Shown piece after piece: positions 11,115-22,180 of a DNA stretch of 64,000 nucleotides. A program made the translations under genes and the position numbers. The notes below the pieces were generated by a model, which was given only the letters and a program-made list of their open reading frames with translations, was not told where the DNA came from and did not search any database. The stretch lies in contig JANHCV010000004.1 in assembly GCA_025594325.1 (NCBI GenBank), positions 806,001 to 870,000 of the forward strand, written 5' to 3'. Source of the stretch: Blastocladiella emersonii ATCC 22665. Taxonomy: Eukaryota; Fungi; Blastocladiomycota. Each line of letters starts with the position of its first letter. Position 1 is the stretch's first letter.

Positions 11115-12383
11115 TTTTGTCTCCACTCCGGTGCGAGACGCGTTCCACCCGCCGGCTTCGCGCTCGCAAATCATCTCCCACACCGCTCGGGTATTAAACG
11201 CGCCCGTCCGAGTGACCCGTTGCTGGGCGGGTTGTATCCCGTGACCCGAGTCAACACTCGGTGCAACGGAACGCGAGCGCGGCGCGCGGAGCGCGGCCCT
11301 CAAAAGGCGGACCGGTTCCTGGCCATCCCCCGCTCTTGGAAAAGTGCAAACTGTCGTCTGTCGTTGCATTCCCGCGTGACCTAGCTCGATCACTGAACCA
11401 CCTTGTGTAAAAAGGGCGCGTCATACGTTACCTAAACGGAGGCGCGCTCGCCGGAAACGGGCCAAGGCCGGGCAAGGATGGTCACGCACCCCCAAAAAAG
11501 GAGATATCCATTTAAAAAAAAAAAAAGAGGCCGACTGCTGCCACGGACTACACATTCAAAAGAGGCTTAAAAAACGCAGATCGCAAACTAAATCAAAAGC
11601 CCAAAAAAAAGACGATCAGTGCTGTTAAGACAACAAAGGACAGATGGACATCGGAAGTTCGCCCGCCGTGATGGAGGTACAGCGTTAAACTTTGGGCCCG
11701 TCGGGAAAAACACCCTCGGGTTATGTGGGAATAACCGCCGATAGACTCGATCGGATGTGTTGCTAGTTTATTTCGCGAGTGTTTCTCGTCTGGACTTGGT
11801 CGACTCGGCCCTGCTTCTCGCGTGAGCGAACCTTCGCGTTCGAGACGCCACTCACGTGCGTTTGAACGACGCGTTCGAGAACCCGTGCCTCCCCACGACC
11901 GTACCTCACTCCCTGTTTTTGAGCGTTGCTTCACCTCTCCGCTTGACACTGAGCATCGACTTGAACCCAGGAGCAAACGCAGCGCCGGTTGAACTTGACA
12001 AGCTGAATACATCGAGGAACCTCTAGCGTCTCTTACGATCGCGATGCAGGTGGAACTGAAGCAACGTCGCCTGCACCGAGTGCGAGATGAGTTATCTCGA
12101 ACCGACGTAGTGTGCGAGCTCGATAGCGCTCGCAGACGAAGCATTCGAGCGACAAGTCGCCGAGCAGCAGGTGCGGGCAAGCGGCAGCGTCCGTCGTGGT
12201 TATACCGACGACGAGAGTGCGACGGGCCGACTTGACCCTGTGGGTCTATCGCAGCTGCTTGAGCTCGCTCAGCACGTCGTCACACGACGCCGCCGCCCGC
12301 TCAACGTCGTCCGTGTTGGATTAATAAGGATCGGTGACCCGAAGGTGGTCAGCGACGATTCGGCGCTCCTCCTTACACATGAA

Positions 12384-13330
12384 TCACACGTCGTCGGATC
12401 GGAGCAGCTCGGCGACCTCAAGCGGGGCGCGGCGCTGCTCGAGTGCGGCCGCGCGCGTCACATCGACCGGCGAGGGTTGCGCGAGTTGGCGCTGCGGATC
12501 AGCACCGCCGACGAGCTCGAACTTGGGCGACTGGCGCAGGTGCTCGGGGCGGCGATGAAGGGGAACGACGTGCTGCAGGCTGCGCGCGCCGAGGTCGCAG
12601 CTGTGGAACCAGACGGCGAACGAGTCGGAGCCGCGGAACCACCAACTCCAATCGAGTTCCATATGTGCGGGAGCGACCGCTGCGAGGGCAGCGCGGGCGC
12701 ACTTGAGGAACTGGTGGACGAGGTTCGCTGTCGCGTCGGCCACGGCGACGCGGAAAAGCGCACCTTTTTGTAGAGCGCCAAAACCTCGAGCGCGCGGTGC
12801 GAGAGCGCGTAGAGAAGCGGCAGTAGGATGTCCCGGAACGAAATCGACTTGCCGCTGATGAGGCACAGGGTCGGCAGAGTAGTCGTCGTGGCACGCGAGC
12901 TCGCGGAAGGCATGCAGGGTACGGCAATCTGCAGCGACGGCGAGGAGCAAACCAGCTGGATTGCCGTCGAGCTGGCGCAGAAACTTGGCGAGAAACTTGG
13001 CGGTCCGCTGCCTGCTGAGGTCAGCGTGACCGAACGGCCGCAGGTCGGCGTCGACAGCGAGCCGACTCGAATGCGCGAGAGACGGCATGAAGTACAGCCG
13101 GCCGGGTTCTCGGCCGTGACAGGAGCCCAGAGCACATCGCGGACGTCGTCGGCAATGTCGCGAGTGGGCTCGGGCCCACTGCGCGGGGAGGCGGAGGCCA
13201 AGCGATGCGATCCATGAACGAGGCCGAGATTGGTGAAGGCAAAAAAGAAGCTGGTCGAGCCCTGAGCGGCCGAAAGTCTGATGAGGGGAGCGACGCCGTG
13301 CAAAAGCTGCTCACGAAGCTCGAGGAGGAT
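12384..13330 (-). pseudogene. Hypothetical / frameshifted coding region
   Basis: 234-aa ORF 12384-13088 plus an upstream coding-like frame (LLELREQLLHGVAPLIRL...DVLWAPV) that joins by a frame change near 13095. The in-register + strand ORF makes strand assignment uncertain. Confidence 0.3.
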
Positions 13331-13670
13331 CGAGGCGACTCACACGCGGCGAGTGCGAACCGACGACTCGGCAGATGGTGCCGGACAGTCGGCAGCGCGT
13401 TGCATAAGGTTACATGTCGAGATGGTAACGTTCCATGGTGCCCAGGGAGCGAGGCAGCGGTGCTCAGCCGGCTTCTCGCCTCGAGCAGCGCTCGCAACGC
13501 GTTCTTTCTCTCGCCTGCTCTCTCGCTTCCATACGCGATGAACATGTCATAAATGAGGATAGGATATGATTGAGGGTGACATGGCAAAGTATTTACAAGA
13601 CGCTCTCAGAGCAACCGCGACCTCGGGAAAACCCTTGAAGTCCGGGTGGCGACGCGAGGCGACGGGACAA

Positions 13671-14177
13671 TTACGCGAGGCCGTGGTGGATGGGCAGGAT
13701 GGCCGTGGCGTCGCTGCCAAAGTCGATGCCGTTGTGATGGTCGAACACGGGCAGGATGTGGAAGTCGCCGCCGTCCGCGGGCGACGGGTCCCAGGTGGAC
13801 GGGTCGCCGCTGAACAGGCCGCCGTGGTCGACCGAGCTGTGGTTGCCCCACTGGTCCTGCTGCTGCCACTGGTTCTGGGCCTGGAAGGCGTCGCCGCCGT
13901 GGTTCTGCTGCCACTGCGACTGGGCCTGTGACTGCGCGCCGTGGTCGCCAAACTGGGTCTGCGACTGGGACTGGGACTGCTGCTGTGCGGGATCGACCGA
14001 GTTGTGGCCCTGGAACTGCGACTGCGACTGCGACTGGGACTGGTTGCCGTCGTTGCCGAACTGGGTCTGCGACTGCGACTGCGACTGCTGCTGAGCGCCG
14101 TTGCCGCCCCACTGGCCCTTGAACTGCGAATGGGACTGCGACTGGACGGCAGGGACGAAGATCGGGCCGAAGGTCAT
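13671..14177 (-). CDS. 168-aa Gln/Ser-rich repeat protein (prion-like / beta-solenoid candidate)
   Basis: About 6 imperfect repeats such as QQQSQSQSQTQFG and QSQSQSQSQFQG. Strongly biased codons and a C/A-rich leader before the ATG. Confidence 0.8.
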   Translation of the reverse strand: MTFGPIFVPAVQSQSHSQFKGQWGGNGAQQQSQSQSQTQFGNDGNQSQSQSQSQFQGHNSVDPAQQQSQSQSQTQFGDHGAQSQAQSQWQQNHGGDAFQAQNQWQQQDQWGNHSSVDHGGLFSGDPSTWDPSPADGGDFHILPVFDHHNGIDFGSDATAILPIHHGLA

Positions 14178-14829
14178 CTTGGAGAGGTGTTGGTAGTGTG
14201 GGTGTGGTGTCGTTGAACGAGGAGCTGATGATCAACCCGGTTTGAGGAGGCGGGGGAGCAGCCCGTACCTATAGCACTCGGCATTGCGTGCGACCTTATT
14301 TTTGAGCCTTCATGGGCGAAGCGCTCGATGCCAGAGTAGGGGCATGGCGGTGAAGTGACACGGCGCGCGGTTCACGGACGCGGAAGCGGCGCCGCAGCGC
14401 GCCGTAGTTCCAGCAGAAGGCTGCGGCTGCGGTCAGCGGCGGCTGCGGATTCGACCGGAACCCGGTGCACCGTGCGCTGCCGAAGGCAACCTAAGAAGCG
14501 AGACGCAAGCGGGAGGGAAGCCGTGGAAGCGGGAAGCGGTGACGCGCGATCGAGTGGCGGTGGCTTAGCCCCGGGTGGCTCAGCCGCTGTGAGCAACGCG
14601 GTGCGTTTCACATGGCCGCCGGCTCGACGGACAGAGCAGTGTCCGGGAATTACATGGTTGGAGGTCATGTTAGTCGTACCCGAACCTCGGGAAGCATCAC
14701 CAATTAAATGTCGAGAGGCCATCGAGAATGAGTGAGCACAAGAATCGATCAAATTACACACGAAACAGGCAAACAGCAGATTTTGGTTTAAATGAGAGGT
14801 ATCACGAACTGAAACGCAAAAGAGAAGAC

Positions 14830-15768
14830 TCAAGAAACAACGGCAGCGGACCGCAGGACCACGACGGGCGATGGGGTGGTTGGGAGTACCTTGACGCCGC
14901 GCTGCTTGGTCGAACGCGGCTTGGGCTCGGACAAAACGGCGGGCGCCTTGACGGTACTGGATGCACCGCCCAGGAGCCTGCCGATCCGGGCCGTGAAGGA
15001 CGACCAGCGGGAGGTCGACTCGTGGTCGTCGACCAGCGTCTGATCGGACCCGAGCTCGGCCGAGAGGACGGCCAGGTTCGAGTCGACGACGTTGACGACG
15101 TTCACCTCAACGGCCTCTGTCGCCGCCGCCACTACCTTCAACTCGGGGTCGACCGCAACCAGCGGCGCACTGCCACGGTGGCCAGCACGGCGGCGGACCC
15201 AGCGCAGCACCTTGCCAGCGGCGCTACGCTTCTTCTCGGCGGTAGGGGCAGCGGCGGCGGGGGCGGGACACGAGGCGATCTCCTTGATGGGCGCCGCAAT
15301 CGACGCGAGGGTGTCGACGGCAGCCGGAATCTGGTCGGTCGGGGCGGCGGGAGCGACAGCAGCCACAGCGGCGGCCGTGGGCTCGAAGGAAGCGCGCAGG
15401 GTTGCCACATTTGCCCCGGCGAGCGACTCGAGCACGACCGCCGCCGCCGCCGTCGCGGAATACGCCGTAGCCGACTTGGACTTGGCGATGTGGACCTGGT
15501 CCGAGGACAGCGAGCACGCCGAACGCGGGCTGGTGCCGGCGGGCGAGCCGGGAGCAGTCGCGAGCTGCTCGAAGCGGTCCTTGAGGGTGCCGACCTTCGG
15601 GGTCGGCGTCGAGTCGACGACGCACTCGTTGTCCTTGTTCTCGGGCACGTTGCAGCCACTGGTACCGTTCGCGGGAGCGACCACGACACGGAGCGGGCGC
15701 TTGACCGAGGACACGGACGACTTGGGCGACGACGAGGCGGGGGCAGCAAGAACAATCGAGGCAGACAT
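14830..15768 (-). CDS. Hypothetical Ala/Ser/Pro-rich protein (312 aa)
   Basis: Single ORF with good codon bias and TATAAAA ~90 nt upstream. Confidence 0.7.
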   Translation of the reverse strand: MSASIVLAAPASSSPKSSVSSVKRPLRVVVAPANGTSGCNVPENKDNECVVDSTPTPKVGTLKDRFEQLATAPGSPAGTSPRSACSLSSDQVHIAKSKSATAYSATAAAAVVLESLAGANVATLRASFEPTAAAVAAVAPAAPTDQIPAAVDTLASIAAPIKEIASCPAPAAAAPTAEKKRSAAGKVLRWVRRRAGHRGSAPLVAVDPELKVVAAATEAVEVNVVNVVDSNLAVLSAELGSDQTLVDDHESTSRWSSFTARIGRLLGGASSTVKAPAVLSEPKPRSTKQRGVKVLPTTPSPVVVLRSAAVVS

Positions 15769-15859
15769 GGTGGTCGTATGTAGAACAGAGTCTGTGTCGA
15801 GAGAGAATCCTGTTGAAGGTTAGAAAGCAGAGCTGGAGGAGAGCGGGGGCTCGTCTGAG

Positions 15860-15866
15860 TTTTATA
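15860..15866 (-). promoter_or_regulatory. Putative TATA box for 14830-15768
   Basis: TATAAAA on the minus strand ~90 nt upstream of the ATG. Confidence 0.35.
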
Positions 15867-16103
15867 GCGTAGCTGCTCAGTGAGCTCTCAGCTGCTTCGA
15901 CCCTCGCCGTTCCAGTCAGTCGCCTTTATGAACAGCAAGATGAGCAAGGCTGTGAGTGGTCCGAGGGGAGTCAGCCCGCGGTGGCGCAGCGGCTGGCCGA
16001 GCTGAGCCACATCGCGTCGCGTTTCAAAGCCGTTCGCACCGCGCGCACCACGCTCGACATGGGAAAGGGCGGGTTAGAAAGGCACGGAATGCATTTGGTC
16101 AAT

Positions 16104-16548
16104 CTAGCGCGGTTGGCGCGCGCACGAACTACACTCAAACACGCGGGGCGGCGCCTGGACGCGACCCGAGACGAGCGGCGACAGCCCCTCGCGCGCTGCC
16201 TCGCGCGGCCGACGACAAACGACTCGACCTTCTCTATGAGGTCGGCCGTTTTGGCGGCGGCGTTCTTGCTGAGGCCGACGCTGCCGCCGATGAAAACCCG
16301 TGTTGCCCGTGAAGGTCTCCTGCGTCGTACCAAGCGTGACGAACTTTGCGCGCAGGCCGTAGAACAGCGCCGTAGAGAGACCGCACCGCCGAGCGCGATC
16401 CAAAAACTAAGGAACAAGATTGCGACGGCGACTATCGTTGCATCGCGCAGCTTGTCAACGGGCGCTTCTCAAGCCCGTACAGCAACTCCTTGACGCGCAG
16501 GTAGTCGCCGTGCAGCCCGTCCACGACCGCCTTGGTCTCGTACACCTA
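16104..16548 (-). pseudogene. Multiply frameshifted relic of a probable membrane protein
   Basis: Coding-like pieces in successive frames: VYETKAVVDGLHGDYLRVKELLYGLE / AVAILFLSFWIALGG / ALFYGLRAKFVTLG / FIGGSVGLSKNAAAKTADLIEKVESF. Confidence 0.3.
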
Positions 16549-18439
16549 GATGCCGTTGTGCCCGATCGCTGAGCGCGGGAACGCCCACCCGACCAACCTG
16601 CTGAGCGCTGCATGCACGCTCAGGCGCTGTACGGCGAATACCGGATCCCGCCCTTTAGCAGCGCCGAAGGTGGGAAGAGCACCCGGAAGTCAGAATGCAG
16701 CAAGTTGCGGTTGGTTTCCATTCGATGCGTTCGCGGCAGGGCGGTGTGAGGGGCGAGACGACGACAGCTGGCTCGGCGCGGCGTTCATGGGCGGCCTCGG
16801 GCACATCGACGCCTCACCGCGAGAGCAGCTGCCAGGGCAACAGCGGAGCGACGCCTGGACATGCTTGACGAGCGTGTTGCAAGGGAGAAGCGCGACGATC
16901 GCGTGAGCCAACGCGGTCCGTGTTCGCGGCGTTCACATGCGGCGCGCGCAAGGGGCAACGGCGTGCGCGTTGCATCGGAACGCGTCCTTGGGGGAAGCAG
17001 TTGCAGCGCTTTTCATTCCACGCTCTTCTTCTCGAACTCATGGAGCAACATGTAAGACTGCCGCTGTCGGAGCTCCTGGCGAAGCGGTCCCGAGTGGCCC
17101 GCGACAGGCCGAGGCGGATGGGGAGCCGCGACTTTGATCGGGTCGTGGTACCCAGTCGGTTGTGGGCACCACAAAGCAGATGATTTGGGTATGTGAGCAG
17201 AGTTCCAATGCGAGTGTAGAGCGGTGGCGATCGGGCTCAGGGCGGCGATTTGAGAGCAGGCCTATGGCGGCCTGTTGGGGCCGGATCTCCTCGCATGACT
17301 GGCTCGGCGTATCATGGACGACGTCTAGCGGGGCCTAAGGTGGATGGATTCTTAGAGAGCTCGCTGACCGCCGAAAGCGGCAAACAGCTTCCCGAGCGTG
17401 CCAAGGCGGCAGGCGGTCGGGGCGGCCTCAGGGGCGTCGTTGCGAGAAGTCTCTCAGATCTATGCGGTCCATGATACCCAAAGACGCCTGTGAACGCGCC
17501 GGCAAGGAGAAGGCTCGAGGGAGAGAAGGCCGCCGTCGTGAGCGTGCGTGGGAGCCCAAGCCGCCACGCCAAACTTGCGGTGATGCAATGTGGCGCAACG
17601 CGTCCACCGCGCGCGTCGAGCGACCATCTCCGGTTCGAAATGGCGTGAGTGCCTTGAGTACCGGCGTGCACGACTTGCTGAAAGCCCTTGCATTCATGGA
17701 AAAACTGTGCTGGGCCAAAGTCGTTGCGTCACAGCGTCACATGAAAGTCACGTCTTGTCTCGCGGCTGCGGGAGACGCGACGCCTTGACGCGCGGACGCA
17801 CACCGGTCGCGCCTGTCTCCAGAAACGCGTCGCGCCTACGCGTTACGAGCAACGCTCCTTCTTCGAACCGGTTGACTCCTTGGTGCGATCGACTCCCCGC
17901 CTTCCGCCTCGAGCTTCTACAACACCACGCAAACTCGCTCGACGTGCACGCAACTCGTACCCGGGCGCACGCGTGCCAACAAGCGCAGGCAGTCCGTCGA
18001 GGCGTCGTGACCAGGCGCGCCCCGGCGCCCCGGCGTCCCGGCGTCCCGGCGTTCCGCGTTGCGGGACTACTCGTCGCACGACGAGTGACATGGCGTCGCT
18101 ACGCCCTTCAGGGCCACGCCCCAGCAGGGGCTCAAGCTCGGTACGCGGACGGCCACGGCCGCCGCTCGGAACCGGAACTGACTTGCGCGTCCGCGTGTGT
18201 ATGCCGACTGGTCATCGCCCAACGTCTGCATTTCGAGCGACGCGCTTCACTTTTGCTCGGCGGCTGCGCGTCTGGTACGACAAGCACACACGCCGAGATG
18301 TCTAGTGACGTTACGCGCGTCCATCCAGACGGCGACGGTATCGAGGAGTTCTCCCACGTGGCCGGTCAGCCGGGCCCGCGACTACGGGCAGCTGTACCCG
18401 ACGACCTCGCGTCGGTCTCGACACCGGCCTCGCTACACA

Positions 18440-18600
18440 CGTAAGGGTGGTACGCATCTTTGCCGACATCACTTCACCCGCACACGCATCGCGTCGCGTC
18501 GCGTCGCGCTGTCCGAGTGATCTGTACGTCAAGAAGCGGGTCAAACTCGACATCGATCGCGTGATAGCAGCAAGCGGCTCCGTCCCGGTACGCGTCCATC
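18440..18600 (+). pseudogene. Degenerate paralog of the 21.7-21.9 kb segment (possible pepsin-like C-lobe remnant)
   Basis: GWY...VKKRVKLDIDRVIAASGSVPVR vs GWY...VKMQVKLDVDRVDPNCSDSGSVTVR. Nucleotide similarity is visible between 18527-18595 and 21790-21868. Confidence 0.35.
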
Positions 18601-19459
18601 CATGGCCCGTTGCACGGCACAAACTGACATGAACGTTGCTGTCCGTGTAGGGGCAATCTCGCTGTGAAGGACGGTGGGCGACTATGGATGCGTCATGGCC
18701 GACGCTCTCACTCACGACCGGCCATGCCACTGGGTCTCAAATGGTCGGCGACCGCCAGCGATCAGCAGCTCAACAACAGCAGCAGGACTGGGACCGACGG
18801 CACCACGCGCGCGCGGTGGTCTTCCCCGTCAGTCGACGAATGCCAAGCTCTGGCCAGCCACGAGACGATGCGTCGCGACGCGAACGGCCAGCTCAAGTCG
18901 GCGGCGAGCGTCATGCGGCGGGGTCGCAGGTCAACGTCAACCTGGGACGTGTCGCGCTGGATCTCTCACTCGTGCGAACATGGCCAATCACTCACACACA
19001 CTGCTCGCTCGCCCTGCGCTCTGCGCTAGAAGCTCATCGTGTGTGCCTCGGCCGAGTACTCGCGCGACAGTCTGATCGACCGCTCTCTCGCGGCGAACGC
19101 TTCCGCTGCCGCCACCATGTCCGACGGCCATCGCGTGCTTCCGCGTCGTGATCCCGCCTCCCTTCGTCAGCGCGCGCTCCTAGTCGATCCAGATCATCAT
19201 CATTATCATTATCAGCGCCCCGCTGACATTGCCGTGTTCGTGTCCGCTGCCGCCGCGCCACTGGGCGGTGGTACTACCACTCCAAACGTACGCCACCAAT
19301 CTCCTGTCGCCGCGTTGTCACGGGAAACTGACGCGTCGCTCGAGTCTAGAGGGCTGGAATCTCCCGAACGGAGCACGGCCGGGGCTCTGTTGGCGCGCGA
19401 CGATGACAGCTACGACTACTCCAACACCTACAGCATGCACTCAGGCGCGCATCACGGCC

Positions 19460-22180
19460 GCGAGCTCAAGGGCTACAACGACTTGGTGATCGTCAGCAAC
19501 CTCGGCTTTGTGCAGCAGAGGCGACGGCCACGAACTACACGATCAAGATGGACGGCGGGACGTTTGACTGCGAGCTCATAACGATCCACGAGACGGCGGG
19601 ACGTTCGACTGCGAGCTCATAACGATCCACGAGACGACGACGACGACGACAACGACCTACGATACGGCATCAACGAGTCGACCGACACTCAGCAGCACTC
19701 AAGTAGCAGACCTGGAACGTGTCGTGTCGCCCTCTTCTTTTCCCTCCAGCACACCCGTGCGCGCAAGTCCGTGATCGCTGACATGTGTTCTCTGCGACTG
19801 GTAGTAGATGGAAGCCGCGCGACTTCTCCTCGCTCGAATCATCGAGCCAACTCGTGTTTTGTACGTGCGCGCGTGCCGTGTAACGACAACCTATCGCGTC
19901 GCCTCTTGCTCGATTGATTGCGGCCAGCTGCTTGCCTCGTACACGTACACGTACACGGACGGCTTTGGCTGCATCTCCACCACCGCTCCGGGTCATCGGC
20001 GCTCTGACCAAGACGAGGTCAAGCTCAAGGAGAACCGCAGTCGCGGGCGGATCACGCAGCAACTCGATGATATCGGTACGCGTGACCGAGATCATCCGCA
20101 CGACGGCTCATACTGACCGAGCCGCGCGACTGCATCCGCCGTGTAGCCGACTCGACCGTCTTCGAGTCCTTCTTCCTCCGCGCGCCCGTACTCGCCTCCA
20201 TCTTCGACGCTGCCGCCACCGCGACCAGCGGTGCTTCACGACGACAACGACTTGTTTTCGTGACGGTACGCTTCATCTCCTCTGCGCGTAGTGGTTGCGA
20301 ATGCGGCGGGACGCGCGCGCGAACTTGGTTCCTCCGAGCAGGCGCTGCACGCTCAACAAGAGCTACCGATCGATTGTATCGCCACCGTCGCTCTTCCTCT
20401 TCATCAAGCGTGTCTGGATCATCTTCCTCGTGGTCGCTCATGTGCTGCTTCGGCACCTCGACGCCTCGCCACGCTTTCGCTATCGTCCAGCCCAGCAGCA
20501 CGCGTCCATGGCCGCCTCGCGCCGCCGTGGCCATGGCCGCGGAGGGCACCGACTATGGCTCCTAACCCGAGACATGGTCGAGCTCGGAGCGCGCGAAACG
20601 AACCAACGACTCTCATCCTCGAGCTATTCGCCCGCACGTTCGAGTCCAAGTCGTCGTCGTGGTTGTGTCGGCGGCGGCGGCGCAGGTCGCCGTCCAGCAT
20701 GGAACGTGTTTTCCTGGTTGGTCGCCGCAAGCTCCCCTCCATCAGCTGATGATCATTCACACCTCGCTCGCTCGCTGCGCTGCACTAGTAGAGCTGATGC
20801 CCGGATCATCGCGCCTCGAGTCGAAACGGTGGTTGGCCGTCCAAGGACGACCATCCGTTTCTCGAGCATCGCATCGCATAGACGCCGTGATCAACAAGAC
20901 GGCGACGCGCGCGCCAAGCCGTTCTACTTCCACGTCGGCCTGCTTCCGCTACTCACCAGCAAACTTGCCGCGCAACACGGCGACCAAGGCTCAGGTGGCA
21001 GGCGACACGGTGGGTGGGTACGCGACAAGCCGCTCTCTCGCTCTCTCGATTAATTGCCACAGATGCTGACGGTTCGCCCGAGGCTAGTGAGATTCGGCGA
21101 CAGGAGGCCGCGGCACGCGATGACCAACCCGACGCGCGCTTCTTCCAAGGCCGCGAGCGACGTCGGCAGCTACGTCAACTTCTTCCGCTCCGAGCTGGGC
21201 TCGACGGCGCGCTGTGGTTCTGCGGGTCAAGGTCAAGGGGTCTCGCTCTCCTCCTGGGCGACCTCGACTTTGCCGTGGCCAAGTACTCGATTGCGGCGGT
21301 GGTGCGGAATGCGCGCTTCCACGGCGCGCCGCGCACGACGATCAACCTCCTGCTCCTGTTCTTCGAGTTTCACGAGCTCGCAGCATCAGCAGCGGTAGCT
21401 TGTCACGCGCGTGTCGAGTACCCAGTGTGCAGGCGACCGGGATCCACGCGGTACGCTGATGGCCATTGACCGCCGCCCGCTCGCCCACGAGATGACTGAC
21501 TTCGAATCTGCAACCATACGTAGTCCCGAGTCGGCAGCAACAGTAACTGCGGCGTCGACGGAACGCTCGACTTGACTATACGCGACTCGTCTCGCTCCTC
21601 GCGTCCTCGGTCATGGTCAAGGCGCTTTTGCTACATATCTGGTACGAAAAGGGCACGCTCCGCGACGTCTGCTGACGCGGCGCACGTCGTTCCAGGCAGG
21701 CATCCACGCTCCTCTTCCTCAACGTCCGGCTGGTACGTGCTCCGACTCGCGGCGCTATCATCGAACCGTGCCGCCGTCCGGGATCGATGCGTCAAGATGC
21801 AGGTCAAGCTCGACGTGGATCGCGTAGATCCAAATTGCAGCGACAGCGGCTCGGTGACGGTACGCTCGTTTTCACGACACCAATCGCTCGGCTTGTCACT
21901 GACCTGGGTCGGCGGCTTCCGTGTAGCAGCGAGCGACTTCAAGCTCGCGCTCGGCTGTACTGGCCGCGACGCCGGCGGGCTGTTCTGCGACCATTAACTC
22001 CTCCTCGTGTTTCTCGCCCAGCTCTCGCAGCAAGGCCGCTTCCGCTCGACGTTTGCCTCAAGCAGAGCGACGGTACGAGTTTTCATGGTCTCTCTCGTTG
22101 TGGTCGCCATGCACTCATCGCTCACTCACGACGATCGCGTAGAAGATTACGCGTGGCTTCCCACGAGCGTGCGTAAGTTC
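19460..22180 (+). pseudogene. Highly degenerate pepsin-like (A1) aspartic protease relic
   Basis: Collinear A1-like motifs across frames: ELKGYNDLVIVSNLGF, NYTIKMDGGTFD (DTG-site equivalent), YTYTYTDG, STVFESFF, LLLGDLD, GWYVLRL, SDSGSVTV (second catalytic site). Many stops and frameshifts. Confidence 0.4.
19551..19632 (+). repeat. Tandem duplication, 2 x 41 bp
   Basis: GACGGCGGGACGTT(T/C)GACTGCGAGCTCATAACGATCCACGA twice, one mismatch; shifts the relic reading frame. Confidence 0.9.

Noticed and set aside
11850-11880. ACGTGCG-N8-ACGCGT (and ACGTCAC-N5-GCGCGT near 38947) as further motif copies
   Set aside because: Wrong spacing and left-arm mismatches, so not counted.
19551-19632. 41-bp direct repeat as a CRISPR-like array
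   Set aside because: Only two abutting copies, no spacers, no cas genes, eukaryotic context.
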